From contig NZ_BMPU01000001.1 in the NCBI RefSeq assembly GCF_014647755.1, positions 850,382 through 914,381 on the forward strand: a stretch of DNA of 64,000 bases, read 5' to 3'. Position numbers and translations under genes: made by a program. Shown in pieces: positions 40,801 through 49,847 of this stretch. The notes under the pieces were generated by a model that ran no database searches, had not been told where the DNA came from, and saw only the letters and a list, made by a program, of their open reading frames with translations. This DNA comes from Porphyromonas pasteri (GTDB lineage: Bacteria; Bacteroidota; Bacteroidia; Bacteroidales; Porphyromonadaceae). Each line of letters begins with the position of its first letter. Position 1 is the first letter of the stretch.

Positions 40801-41215
40801 CCCTCTATTTAGAGTGCTAAGGCATCGTGCGCCCAGCTCCCCGATATACCTCTCCGAAGTGATACGCAAGCCCTTCGCCTTATCGCGAGTATTCCTCTTA
40901 TCCAGCGAAGGGAAAAGCATTGTTCTCGTGAAGAAAAAAGTGCCTTCACATAGTGGTTTTCTCTATCTACGTACGTAGTCTTAAAGACCAGGCACGTCAA
41001 TCTAAATATCCACGTACGTAGATATTAGAGCCACGTACGTAGCCCAAACTTATCTGCCACTCGTCCACAACTTTTATCCCTACGCGGAGCAACAACCTAA
41101 TATAGATCACTTCACAAAGCTATATAGGAAGCAGTCCAAAGCCATATAGCTTTGGACTGCTTCCTATATAGTTCTACCTACGCACCCATATACCTATATA
41201 TGGGATCATTGCGCA
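40801..41215. repeat. copy (d) of the ACGT-palindrome repeat family (forward) with 5 phased TATATA-core sites including a 23-bp perfect hairpin
   Basis: Core has CTACGTACGTAG at 40967-40978, CCACGTACGTAG at 41010-41021 and 41031-41042, plus a half-site remnant at ~40989. Right end has phased sites starting ~41096, 41118, 41140, 41162 and 41184; sites 2 and 4 form CTATATAGGAAGCAGTCCAAAGC-catata-GCTTTGGACTGCTTCCTATATAG. Confidence 0.8.
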
Positions 41216-41225
41216 AGGCTATCTC

Positions 41226-43803
41226 TTAGATATCGAAGGTCGCCGAGAGATAGAGGCGACGAGGACGGTTAGGCCCATAGATGTAGTCCGAAGCTCGTCC
41301 AGGACCCATATCGGTATCCTTCTGATAAGCATTGAGGAAGTTCTGTACCCCCGCATCCAGCGTGAGCTTCACCAGCGAAGTGAGGCTGATGGCATAGCTC
41401 ACACGGAAGTCAAGATCAACAAAGGGCTTTGCCTTGTATAGGTAAGCTGACCCTGCATTCTGCCCACGATAGTGCGTCCCATCACGCACGACATCAAAGT
41501 GCCCCAGAGCATTCAGCTCATTAGCTTGGAGGTTGAGATCCCCCACTCCTTCGTAGGCGGCATGAGGTACCTTCATCGAGCCCGTATAGGTGCCCGAGAG
41601 GACGAAGCTCAGAGCAGAGGTAGGACGAAGCGTAGCGGTCAGATAGCCGTAGAGATTAGGGGTACGCTCGTAGTCTCGTGTGGTGACCTTGGCCTGCGTA
41701 GGATTGTCTTCATCAGCATCGAAGAGCACCTTGTCCTGCCCGTAGAGGCTGCGCTGTAGGGTCACGCCGCCCTGCAGGTCGAAGAGGCGCTGGTACGCCA
41801 GACGAGCCTCGAAGCTCAGGCCATAGACCTTGCTCATCCCGTCACGAGCGTTGATGATCGTGATGACCTTGCGCCCCGTCTTGGGGTCGAGGACACCATC
41901 CTCGTTGTCTGGAGTGAACTTGTCTCGGATCCAGGTAGCGAAGCCTTCACCCATGAGGTTGAGCTGCCAGCCCTTCCCCAGCGTGGTGTACCAGTCGAAG
42001 GAGGCGCTGAGACTGCGAGAGCGCTCTTCCTTCAGATCCTTCGCTAGGACACGCTCCTTGGGCTCACCACCCGCCAGCGTGACATGCATCTCCTCATCGA
42101 AGAACTGAGGAGCACGGAAGCCTTCGCTGTAAGAGAGGCGCAGACTGAGGTCCTTGGTAGGATTGAAGCGTACGTTTGCTCTGGGGCTGAAGATGAGGAG
42201 CGGGTCAATGCTCTTCTGCCCCCCTTGCGTCAGACGGACATAGTCGAAGCGCCCACCGAGGAGGAAGTTCCACCGGTCGGTCGAATACTCCAGCTGGTCG
42301 TACTGAGACCAAGTCGTTGTGACCTGATCGATCCCATGAGCACGGTAGCCACTCTTATCGTTGAGCGTCGAGTAAGCACCCTCAGCACCTACCGTAAGAG
42401 TAAGTGACTTGGGGAACTTGTGGACATAGGTACCGCCCCCCTGGAAGTCAAAGCCCTTGGTCTCGCCATAGGCTGTCAGTGCCTTGAGAGCATCGTCATA
42501 GGCCTTCTGATACACCTCGGCCTGCTTCTTCTCCTCGTCAGTGCCTTGGGCATTACCACGAGGGAGGTTGATCAGGGGCTTCAGAAGCTCATCGGCGTAG
42601 TTGCCCCCACCATAGTAGCTCTTACGCAGGACCTTCTGCCCCGAGGCATAGAGACTGAAGCTGTCGTTGCCCTCAGCAGTCGTCTGGTCGAAGCGTAGGC
42701 TTCCCCCATCGACGAAGTGCTGGAGGTACTCAGCGATACGAGCTTGGAAGGGTGCTTCGCTCAGGCGATCACCACCACGACGATACTCGTGCATGGAGCG
42801 GTATTCAGCCGTCAGCTTGCCATAGATGCCCGTCTTGTAGTAGGCACGGAAGCCGAGGGCTCTATTCTTCAGTTCGGGAATATCGGTGAAGTCATCCCCA
42901 TCGACATCCACGATCCCTCGAGAGGAATGCTGACCGAAGATCATCGCAGCAGCACGGCGGTCTTCGCTGACCAGAGAACCGTTGAACGAGGTGGTAGGCA
43001 TCAGCGAAGTGTATGCCCCCTTGTTCTGCTGGAAGGAAGTATAGCTCTGGCGAAGGCTAGCGGTATTGCGCAGAGGCTCTCTTGTGATCACATTGATCAC
43101 CCCACCGACGGCATTAGCACCGAAGAGGGCTGATCCACCCCCACGTACCACCTCGACACGCTCGATCATAGAGGCAGGGATCTGCTCCAGACCATAAACG
43201 CCAGCAAGCGAGCTGAAGATAGGACGGCTATCGATGAGGATCTGAGAATAAGCCCCTTCAAGCCCGTTGATACGCACTTGGTTGAAGCCACAGTTCTGAC
43301 AGTTGTCCTCGATGCGAAGACCTGGCTGGAAGCGGAGACCTTGGCTGAGGTTCTCCGAATTGGTCTTCTTGAAGATCTCCTGCGAGAGGACGGTGACAAG
43401 GCTCGGTGCATGACGGCGAAGCGTCTCCTGACGATTAGCCGAGACGACGACCCCATCGAGGTCAATACTCTGCTGCTGGAGGTAGAGATCGAGGTGGCGA
43501 CTATTCCCAGCTTCGATACCGACACGGCTCTCCTCCACCCCATAGCCCACGAGACGTGCTTGGATGGTATAAGAGCCCGGAGCAAGGCCTTGGATGGAGA
43601 ATGCTCCATGGACATCGGTCGTCGTACCAATAGTCGTCCCCTTGATGAGAACCTGGACATTAGGAAGGGCTTCGTGAGTCGAAGCATCGACGACGGTACC
43701 CACGATACTCCCCGTCGTCGCTGAGTGCTGTGCCTGAGCTTGCCCAAGGGCCACAAGGACAAGGCTCAGCAGTAGTGCCATACGGCAAATAATACTCTTC
43801 ATG
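41226..43803 (-). CDS. TonB-dependent receptor with N-terminal carboxypeptidase-regulatory-like domain
   Basis: Signal peptide (MKSIICRMALLLSLVLVALGQAQA) and CarbopepD_reg-like domain (TGSIVGTVVDASTHEALPNVQV). Plug region (VSANRQETL...NLSQGL, DSRPIFSSL...GLEQIPASMIERVEVVRGGGSALFGANAVGGVINVITR), then a 22-strand-type barrel. Start taken at the internal Met. Confidence 0.85.
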
Positions 43804-44070
43804 TATACTATAAGTTGATTATACGAATCGGACCAACAACAGAGCAAGACGTAGTCCTCCCAGCGCAACTCACCCGTCAAAGGATCCAGGGAAAGGGCTA
43901 CATGTCGAGCGGAGAGAGAGGCTTTCTCGAGAGCGATTCCTCGGTAGAGCGAGGGATCTTGTTCTGTTTAGGTCTACACAAAGTTAAACACAGAAAGCAC
44001 AACTATGGATCACCTACCCACAAAATACCTATTGCTGGGGATAGACTGATACCCGCTAATAAGCTAATAA

Positions 44071-44117
44071 ATAGGTCACGGCCTCCATCTCTACTCGGTA
44101 GAGATGGAGGCCGTGAC
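44071..44117. repeat. 45-bp palindromic hairpin element, copy 2
   Basis: GGTCACGGCCTCCATCTCTAC-tcg-GTAGAGATGGAGGCCGTGACC, a perfect 21-bp stem. Lies between the minus-strand small-membrane-protein gene end and the TonB receptor start. Confidence 0.75.
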
Positions 44118-44140
44118 CTATTATTATTAAGGAATAGTCC

Positions 44141-44386
44141 TTAGTCCTTCTTGCGCTGAGCGATAGAGCCCGAAGACTTATCGTAGCGGTTGGAGCGACC
44201 GCCGAAGAAGAAGGGCAGGATGACCGTGAAGACCAAGAGAGCCCCCAGCACGACGAGGCCCGTGATCCAGGCCTTGGTCAAGTCGGCAGAGGTGATGGGG
44301 AGTTCGACACCCCACATCCCAAGGAGATAGAAGGCCAGCGTGGCCAGGAGAAGCAGCGTGATGATGCCGCCAAAGATGTACTTCAT
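44141..44386 (-). CDS. small two-TM membrane protein (possible SPFH partner)
   Basis: 81 aa with two hydrophobic helices and a basic C-terminal tail. Last gene of the operon. Confidence 0.5.
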   Translation of the reverse strand: MKYIFGGIITLLLLATLAFYLLGMWGVELPITSADLTKAWITGLVVLGALLVFTVILPFFFGGRSNRYDKSSGSIAQRKKD

Positions 44387-44407
44387 AAGTCAGATCTGTC
44401 TGAGGGG

Positions 44408-45463
44408 TTAGAGTTGATCAAGAATCTCTTGCTTCTTCTTGTCGTAGTCTTCCTGCGTGATGACGCCCTCGCTGAGGAGGAGCTTGAGCTGCGTGAGGCG
44501 ACGAAGCAGTGGATCATCGGAGCCGAGGTCCTCGGTCTTTACCTGAGGAGCCTCGGGTGCAGGAGTTGCAGGAGCAGGCTCTTCGCCATTTATGGTCTGA
44601 GTGAGCTTCTTACCCAGCTCCAGACCAAGCCCCATCTGCAGACCTGCGGCACCGATACCACCTTCGTTACGAGCAGCATCGCGCAGAGCCTCGAGACGCT
44701 GCATCTCTTCGTAGCTGATACCGGCTTCACTGGCAGCAAGGCTCTCGGCCGTGATGTCTGCTACGCGAGCGATACGCTGGCTCGTAGCCTTATCATAGTG
44801 GGTACCTGTGATACGCACATCCGTCAGCTCAATACCCAGCTCGTTGAGGATGGGTGCCATCGTAGATTGGAGTTCGCGAGAGATCTCGGGCAGGCGGCCG
44901 TCGATCTCGGTGATGGGATACTGATGCGCATGGAGGATAGAGGCGATCTGCTGGTAGGCACGCTCGACGATGACACTCTGGAGTGCACTTACCTCATAGT
45001 TAGCGACACCGGCACCGATGAACTGCGTGAAGAAGTGGCTGGGATCAGCGACACGGAAGGCATAGACCCCATGTACACCGAGCTCTACAGGCACCTTGTA
45101 GATCGGGTCGACGATGAGGATAGGCGTAGCCGTTCCCCAAGGGATATTGACGATCTGCGTGGTACGGAAGAAGTAGATCTGGAGCTTGTGCTCGCTCTCA
45201 AAGCCCTGACGCAGACGCACCAGCGTAGTGAAGAAGGGATGGTTGTCCGTCTTCAGCTGGAAGGAGCCTGCCTCGGTCAAGACCTCGGCGACCTTGCCTT
45301 CGTAGACGAGGAGGGCACCCTGACCAGGGGCGACGATGAGCTTACTGCCATCCTTGATTTCATCAAGTGAGGAGGGGAAGCGATACCAGAGATCGCCTGG
45401 GCGTGGATCAGCCCACTGGATGACCTGCGCCAGCTGCCCCTTGAAAACATTGAATAGACCCAT
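44408..45463 (-). CDS. SPFH/band-7 domain protein with C-terminal SHOCT domain
   Basis: 351 aa. N-terminal SPFH-like alpha/beta region, Gly/Ala/Pro-rich linker, C-terminal LLSEGVITQEDYDKKKQEIL matching the SHOCT consensus (LxxGxITxEEYxxKK). Confidence 0.7.
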   Translation of the reverse strand: MGLFNVFKGQLAQVIQWADPRPGDLWYRFPSSLDEIKDGSKLIVAPGQGALLVYEGKVAEVLTEAGSFQLKTDNHPFFTTLVRLRQGFESEHKLQIYFFRTTQIVNIPWGTATPILIVDPIYKVPVELGVHGVYAFRVADPSHFFTQFIGAGVANYEVSALQSVIVERAYQQIASILHAHQYPITEIDGRLPEISRELQSTMAPILNELGIELTDVRITGTHYDKATSQRIARVADITAESLAASEAGISYEEMQRLEALRDAARNEGGIGAAGLQMGLGLELGKKLTQTINGEEPAPATPAPEAPQVKTEDLGSDDPLLRRLTQLKLLLSEGVITQEDYDKKKQEILDQL

Positions 45464-45512
45464 AGGAAGTATTGTATGTGTGGGGTTAGAGTTATCGTGT
45501 TATCTGCTTGTG

Positions 45513-46901
45513 TTAGTCTTCGCCCTCGACGACCTTGTGGAAGTCCGTGCCTTCCTTGAGCTTACCATCATTAGTAAGCACCCAGGCCTCAGAGGAGCTC
45601 GCCACGACATAGCCACCAGAGAAGCGAGTAGTCTTCAGCGTATAAGCGAAGTGATCTTCTTCATCAGAATAGCTCCACAGCACCTTGCCCGTCTGGGCAT
45701 CCAGGCATCGGAGGATCCTTGTCGCATCAGAGGCTGCCGTGGGCTTGAAAGAAATGAGGACTCGGTCAGCTGCCTCATGAAGGACCGCAGGAGAGAAGTA
45801 GTAAGCCCCTGGGGTAAAGTCTTCGTAGCCCTGCAGGCGTGAGCGCTCTGCTGTATAAGGCAAGACGAAGACCTTGCGATAGGGCGAGGCATCAGTGAAG
45901 ATCCCAGAGCCACCATAGTCTTTCTGCCAGCCGAAGTCTGGCTCATCGTACGGATAACCGACCTGCTCAAGCGTACGGTAGCGCACCAGCTGGATCTGCT
46001 GATCCTCATAGTCAGTAGTCTGACGTGAGAAGGTAAAGTGCGTGCCGACCTTAGGAGCGGGGAGCTTCTCCAGATAGCCCTTATAGGCCATCTTCTCGCC
46101 ATAGAGCTTATTGGGGATAGGATAGTAGACAAAGCTCTTACCCAGATTTGTCATGACCTTCAGGCCATCACCATTGTCCCTATAGACGAACTCTACCGTC
46201 GCAAAGCCCTCGCTGAACTCAGCTACCTTATAGTCCTCGCCATGGATCTCCTTCATATCGAGCGTCGAGGGATCGATACGATAGAGGTGCTTCTTATTGA
46301 GGATAAGGTAAACTGACCCATCTCCGAACTGACGTAAGCCCGTCACATCGACGCTCCCCTTCAGATCAGGGAGCTGGATATCCTTGAGGACCTTCTTTGT
46401 CTCTCCATCATAGAGCCGCACAAAGCCTTGGGCATTCTTTGAGCTCGTATTCATCTGATAGGCAGAGCCACAGACCACCACGACGGGGCGCCCTGCTGCA
46501 CTGGCAAAGAGCTCGATGGGCTCCAAGTCATAGGACATACGCTCCTTCAGAGTACCGGTATAGCCGTAGCCTCCCTGTGAGGCCGCGATACGCTCGGCCA
46601 CACGGTCCATCGAGCGACTGGAGGTGAGATTACCGATGATGACCAGGAGGAAGAATGCAAACGATGCCCCTCCTGCGATGAGGAGGCTGCGCTTGGGGTG
46701 TGCTGAGAACTGCGACTGGATGAAGGAGAAGGGATTCGAGTTATCGGGTACCGTCTCATGCTTGTGATGGATGGTGATATCATCCGAGTCGAGGAAGAAC
46801 TCCGTCGAGCAGCTATCACAGCGGTAGTGATCCTCGCGGATCAGCGTGGCGCGCGTGCTACCGCACTGGGGGCATTTCAGAGCTTTGATGTGCTTGGGCA
46901 T
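45513..46901 (-). CDS. zinc-ribbon / single-TM / beta-propeller-like membrane protein, paralog A
   Basis: N-terminal MPKHIKALKCPQCGSTRATLIREDHYRCDSCSTEF (CxxC-N17-CxxC zinc ribbon), one TM (LLIAGGASFAFFLLVIIGNL), ~370-aa extracytoplasmic domain ending in a PQQ/BamB-like blade motif (RCLDAQTGKVLWSYS). Confidence 0.65.
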   Translation of the reverse strand: MPKHIKALKCPQCGSTRATLIREDHYRCDSCSTEFFLDSDDITIHHKHETVPDNSNPFSFIQSQFSAHPKRSLLIAGGASFAFFLLVIIGNLTSSRSMDRVAERIAASQGGYGYTGTLKERMSYDLEPIELFASAAGRPVVVVCGSAYQMNTSSKNAQGFVRLYDGETKKVLKDIQLPDLKGSVDVTGLRQFGDGSVYLILNKKHLYRIDPSTLDMKEIHGEDYKVAEFSEGFATVEFVYRDNGDGLKVMTNLGKSFVYYPIPNKLYGEKMAYKGYLEKLPAPKVGTHFTFSRQTTDYEDQQIQLVRYRTLEQVGYPYDEPDFGWQKDYGGSGIFTDASPYRKVFVLPYTAERSRLQGYEDFTPGAYYFSPAVLHEAADRVLISFKPTAASDATRILRCLDAQTGKVLWSYSDEEDHFAYTLKTTRFSGGYVVASSSEAWVLTNDGKLKEGTDFHKVVEGED

Positions 46902-47020
46902 ACTGGGTATGAGCTATGCGAAGAGCTATAAATATGTGTAAGTTACGAACGTGATAAAGTCCTGTATTCGTATGGGGCAAAGCCTCTACAAGGACAAATT
47001 TAAGTAAGAAATACGAGTAG

Positions 47021-48331
47021 TTAAGAGCGGCCTTCGATGAGCTTACGATAATCCGTGCTGCTCACGAGCTTACCCTCGTTGGAGATGACGTAGGACGAAC
47101 GGTTGTTCACCACGACATAGCCACCCGCGAAGCGTGATGCGACGGACCCACCATGGAGATTATTTTCATCATCGGAGTAGCTCCACAGCACCTTCCCGGT
47201 CTGGGCATCCAAGCATCGGAGCATTTGCTTAGCGTCATCGGCTGCTGTGGGCTTGAAGGTGATGAGGATCTGGTCTTCCGACTCATCAAGGACCCCAGGC
47301 GAGAAGTAATAAGCCCCAGGAGTCAGATCTTCATACCCCTGCAGACGCGCACGCTTCTCACTGGTGGAGCTGATCAAAAAGTCCTCACCATCCCAGCTCC
47401 GCCATTGGAACCTTGGGTATTCGCAAGGATAGCCGTCCTGCTCGAGTCTACGGTAGCGTATGAGCTGGAGCTGCTTATTGGGATAGTCTGAGGACTCAAG
47501 CGAAAAGGAGAAGTGTGTAGCTACCTGAGGAGCTGGGAGCGTCTCCAGAGGAGCAAAATAAGCCTCCCTCTCCGTATAGATCTTATCAGCAATGGGATAG
47601 TAGACGAAGCTCTCACCCAGATTTGTCTTGACCTCCAAGGCATCCCCAAACTGAGAGTAATAAAATACCACCTTTGCAAATCCCTGAGTGAGCTCAGGGC
47701 GCTTATAGTCCTCACCATGGACCTCCGTCATATCGAGCGTCGAGGGATCGAGCCTATAAAGGTGAGCCTCATTGAAGACAATGTAAAAAGCCCCATCCCC
47801 AAATCGGCGCATATCCATATTCTGGATTCGCCCCTTCACGTCAAGGAGCTCAATCTTCTTAACCAGCTTTTGAGTCTCCCCATCAAAGAAGGACACGAAG
47901 CTCTTAGCATCATCGACATTGCTTGAGCTGGCCGGACGAGCAGTGCCAAAGATCACGACGATCGGACGTCCCGCTGTAGTGGTAAAGGTAGCGAGCTCCT
48001 CAATACTGTAGGACATCCCCTCCTCTCCGCTACCCATCCCCGAGCTTCCTGCACGGGATCTTCCGAAGGTAATAAGCCCTATGATAATGAGTGAGAAGAA
48101 GACCGTCACCGCAAGGAGGACGAGGAAGAAGCGCTTGAACTTCGCTGCGAAGGTATTTCCGAGGGGAGATCCATTGCGCTCCGTCTCAAACTTGTGATGG
48201 ATAGTGATATCATCCGAGTCGAGATAAAACTCTGTCGAGCAGCTGTCGCAGCGGTAGTGATCCTCGCGAAGCAGTGTGGCACGCGTACTACCACACTGCG
48301 GACATTTGATCGTTTTGATATGCGTGGGCAT
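47021..48331 (-). CDS. zinc-ribbon / single-TM / beta-propeller-like membrane protein, paralog B
   Basis: MPTHIKTIKCPQCGSTRATLLREDHYRCDSCSTEFYLDSDDITIHHK; TM (FFLVLLAVTVFFSLIIIGLITF); conserved C-terminal ...PGAYYFSPGVL...FKPTAADDAKQMLRCLDAQTGKVLWSYSD. Confidence 0.65.
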   Translation of the reverse strand: MPTHIKTIKCPQCGSTRATLLREDHYRCDSCSTEFYLDSDDITIHHKFETERNGSPLGNTFAAKFKRFFLVLLAVTVFFSLIIIGLITFGRSRAGSSGMGSGEEGMSYSIEELATFTTTAGRPIVVIFGTARPASSSNVDDAKSFVSFFDGETQKLVKKIELLDVKGRIQNMDMRRFGDGAFYIVFNEAHLYRLDPSTLDMTEVHGEDYKRPELTQGFAKVVFYYSQFGDALEVKTNLGESFVYYPIADKIYTEREAYFAPLETLPAPQVATHFSFSLESSDYPNKQLQLIRYRRLEQDGYPCEYPRFQWRSWDGEDFLISSTSEKRARLQGYEDLTPGAYYFSPGVLDESEDQILITFKPTAADDAKQMLRCLDAQTGKVLWSYSDDENNLHGGSVASRFAGGYVVVNNRSSYVISNEGKLVSSTDYRKLIEGRS

Positions 48332-48407
48332 CCTGTATATGAGCTATGCAAAGAGGTATGTTTAGGTGAGAGGGCACATACTATGCAGGGGGAGGCTGGA
48401 GTTCGTG

Positions 48408-49709
48408 TTACCTAAAGCGGCTATGGATATCCACACAAGTCATCACCTTACCCTCACTGGAGATCAGCCAAGAGTGAGAGTAGTCTACCAATACATAGCC
48501 GCCAGAGAAGCGCGCTACGCCTAAGCAGAAGTCGAGGCCGTCCAGCCCCTCAGAGCAGCTCCACAGCACCTTACCCGTCTGAGCATCCAGACATCGGAGC
48601 ATCTTCTTGGCATCAGCGGCTGCCGTGGGCTTGAAGGAAATGAGGATCTGGTCAGCCGACTCATAAAGGACGGTAGGCGAGAAGTAGTAGGACCCTGGAG
48701 TAAAGTCCTCGTAGCTCTGTAAGCGTGACTGCTCTACGACGTACTGGCTGACAAAGATCTTTTTCGGATAGTATGAATGCCTGTCATTCTCCCAGCCAAA
48801 AGATGGGATATAACGAGGATATCCGAGCTGCTCCAGTGCCTGATAGCGTACAAGCTGGATCTGCTCATCCTGGTAGTCAGATCCCGTCATCTGCTCTGAG
48901 AAGGTAAAGTGAGTCCTGAGCTGAGGCGCGGGAAGCTTATCCTCATAAGCCTTGAAAATTGACCGATCAGTGTAGAGCTTATTAGCTATGGGATAGTAGA
49001 CAAACTTCTTTCCCAGATTCGTCTCGACCTCCAGGGCATCCCCATATTTGTAGAAGTAAAGCCCGACCTTACCAAAGCCCTCAGTGAACTCTGGTAGCTT
49101 ATAGTCCTCACCATGGATCTCCTTCACATCAAGCGTCGAGCGATCAATCGCAAAGAGGCGCTTCTTATTGAGGACGACATAGTAAGTCCCGTCCTCGAAC
49201 TGACGTGCATCCGTCACACTGACACTCCCCGTCACATCAGGGAGCTCAAGCTTCTTGATGATCTCATAAGTCTCTCCATCGAAGAAGTACATGAAGCCCT
49301 TAGCATGATCCCAGTCCCCACTGGAGTCGTCACGGCGCGCAGCACCACAGAGCACGACGATGGGGCGCCCTGCCGTACTGGAGAAGGCCATGAGCCGCTC
49401 ACAGGCATAGGACATATGCTCCTCACCATCCCTCTCCCTCGAGGTCTCTTCTCGAGAGCTTCCCCAGACGATGAGCCCTATAGTAATGAGCGAGAAGAAG
49501 GCCGCCGGCGCAAGGATGATGAGGAGTAGACGCCTAAGGAAGGTATTGGGAGCTGGCTTCGTCTCTACCTTGTGATGGATGGTGATATCATCCGAGTCGA
49601 GATAGAACTCCGTCGAGCAGCTGTCGCAGCGGTAGTGGTCCTCGCTAATCTTTGTAGCGCGCGTGCTACCACACTGGGGACATTTCAGAGCTTTGATATG
49701 CGTGGGCAT
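48408..49709 (-). CDS. zinc-ribbon / single-TM / beta-propeller-like membrane protein, paralog C
   Basis: Start taken at MPTHIKALKCPQCGSTRATKISEDHYRCDSCSTEFYLDSDDITIHHK (the ORF tracker's 20-codon N-terminal extension is probably spurious). TM (LLLIILAPAAFFSLITIGLIVW); conserved C-terminal block ...LRCLDAQTGKVLWSCSE. Confidence 0.65.
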   Translation of the reverse strand: MPTHIKALKCPQCGSTRATKISEDHYRCDSCSTEFYLDSDDITIHHKVETKPAPNTFLRRLLLIILAPAAFFSLITIGLIVWGSSREETSRERDGEEHMSYACERLMAFSSTAGRPIVVLCGAARRDDSSGDWDHAKGFMYFFDGETYEIIKKLELPDVTGSVSVTDARQFEDGTYYVVLNKKRLFAIDRSTLDVKEIHGEDYKLPEFTEGFGKVGLYFYKYGDALEVETNLGKKFVYYPIANKLYTDRSIFKAYEDKLPAPQLRTHFTFSEQMTGSDYQDEQIQLVRYQALEQLGYPRYIPSFGWENDRHSYYPKKIFVSQYVVEQSRLQSYEDFTPGSYYFSPTVLYESADQILISFKPTAAADAKKMLRCLDAQTGKVLWSCSEGLDGLDFCLGVARFSGGYVLVDYSHSWLISSEGKVMTCVDIHSRFR

Positions 49710-49847
49710 CCGAACGATTAAGCTAAGTGGTGAGCTGTGTAAGGGGGTGCTACAGCCCTTACATAACAAGAGGATACACCAAGAGAGCCCGCCTCTATAT
49801 GGGCAGGCTCACTTGGTGCATACTATAGTGGGTGTGAAAATGCAGAG

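Noticed and set aside
43804-44070. Possible cobalamin riboswitch in the leader of the TonB-dependent receptor next to cbiG.
   Set aside because: Reading the minus strand I could not find the B12-box (GCCACUG-like) or the GGUG...AAUCC core. Without a covariance-model scan this cannot be supported.
49770-49847. Imperfect hairpin GAGCCCGCC-tctatatgg-GCAGGCTC between the nitroreductase stop and the zinc-ribbon paralog C start. Possible terminator/attenuator separating the nitroreductase from the operon.
   Set aside because: The stem has a mismatch and a weak U-tract. It cannot settle whether the nitroreductase is cotranscribed; this is left as an open question rather than a feature.
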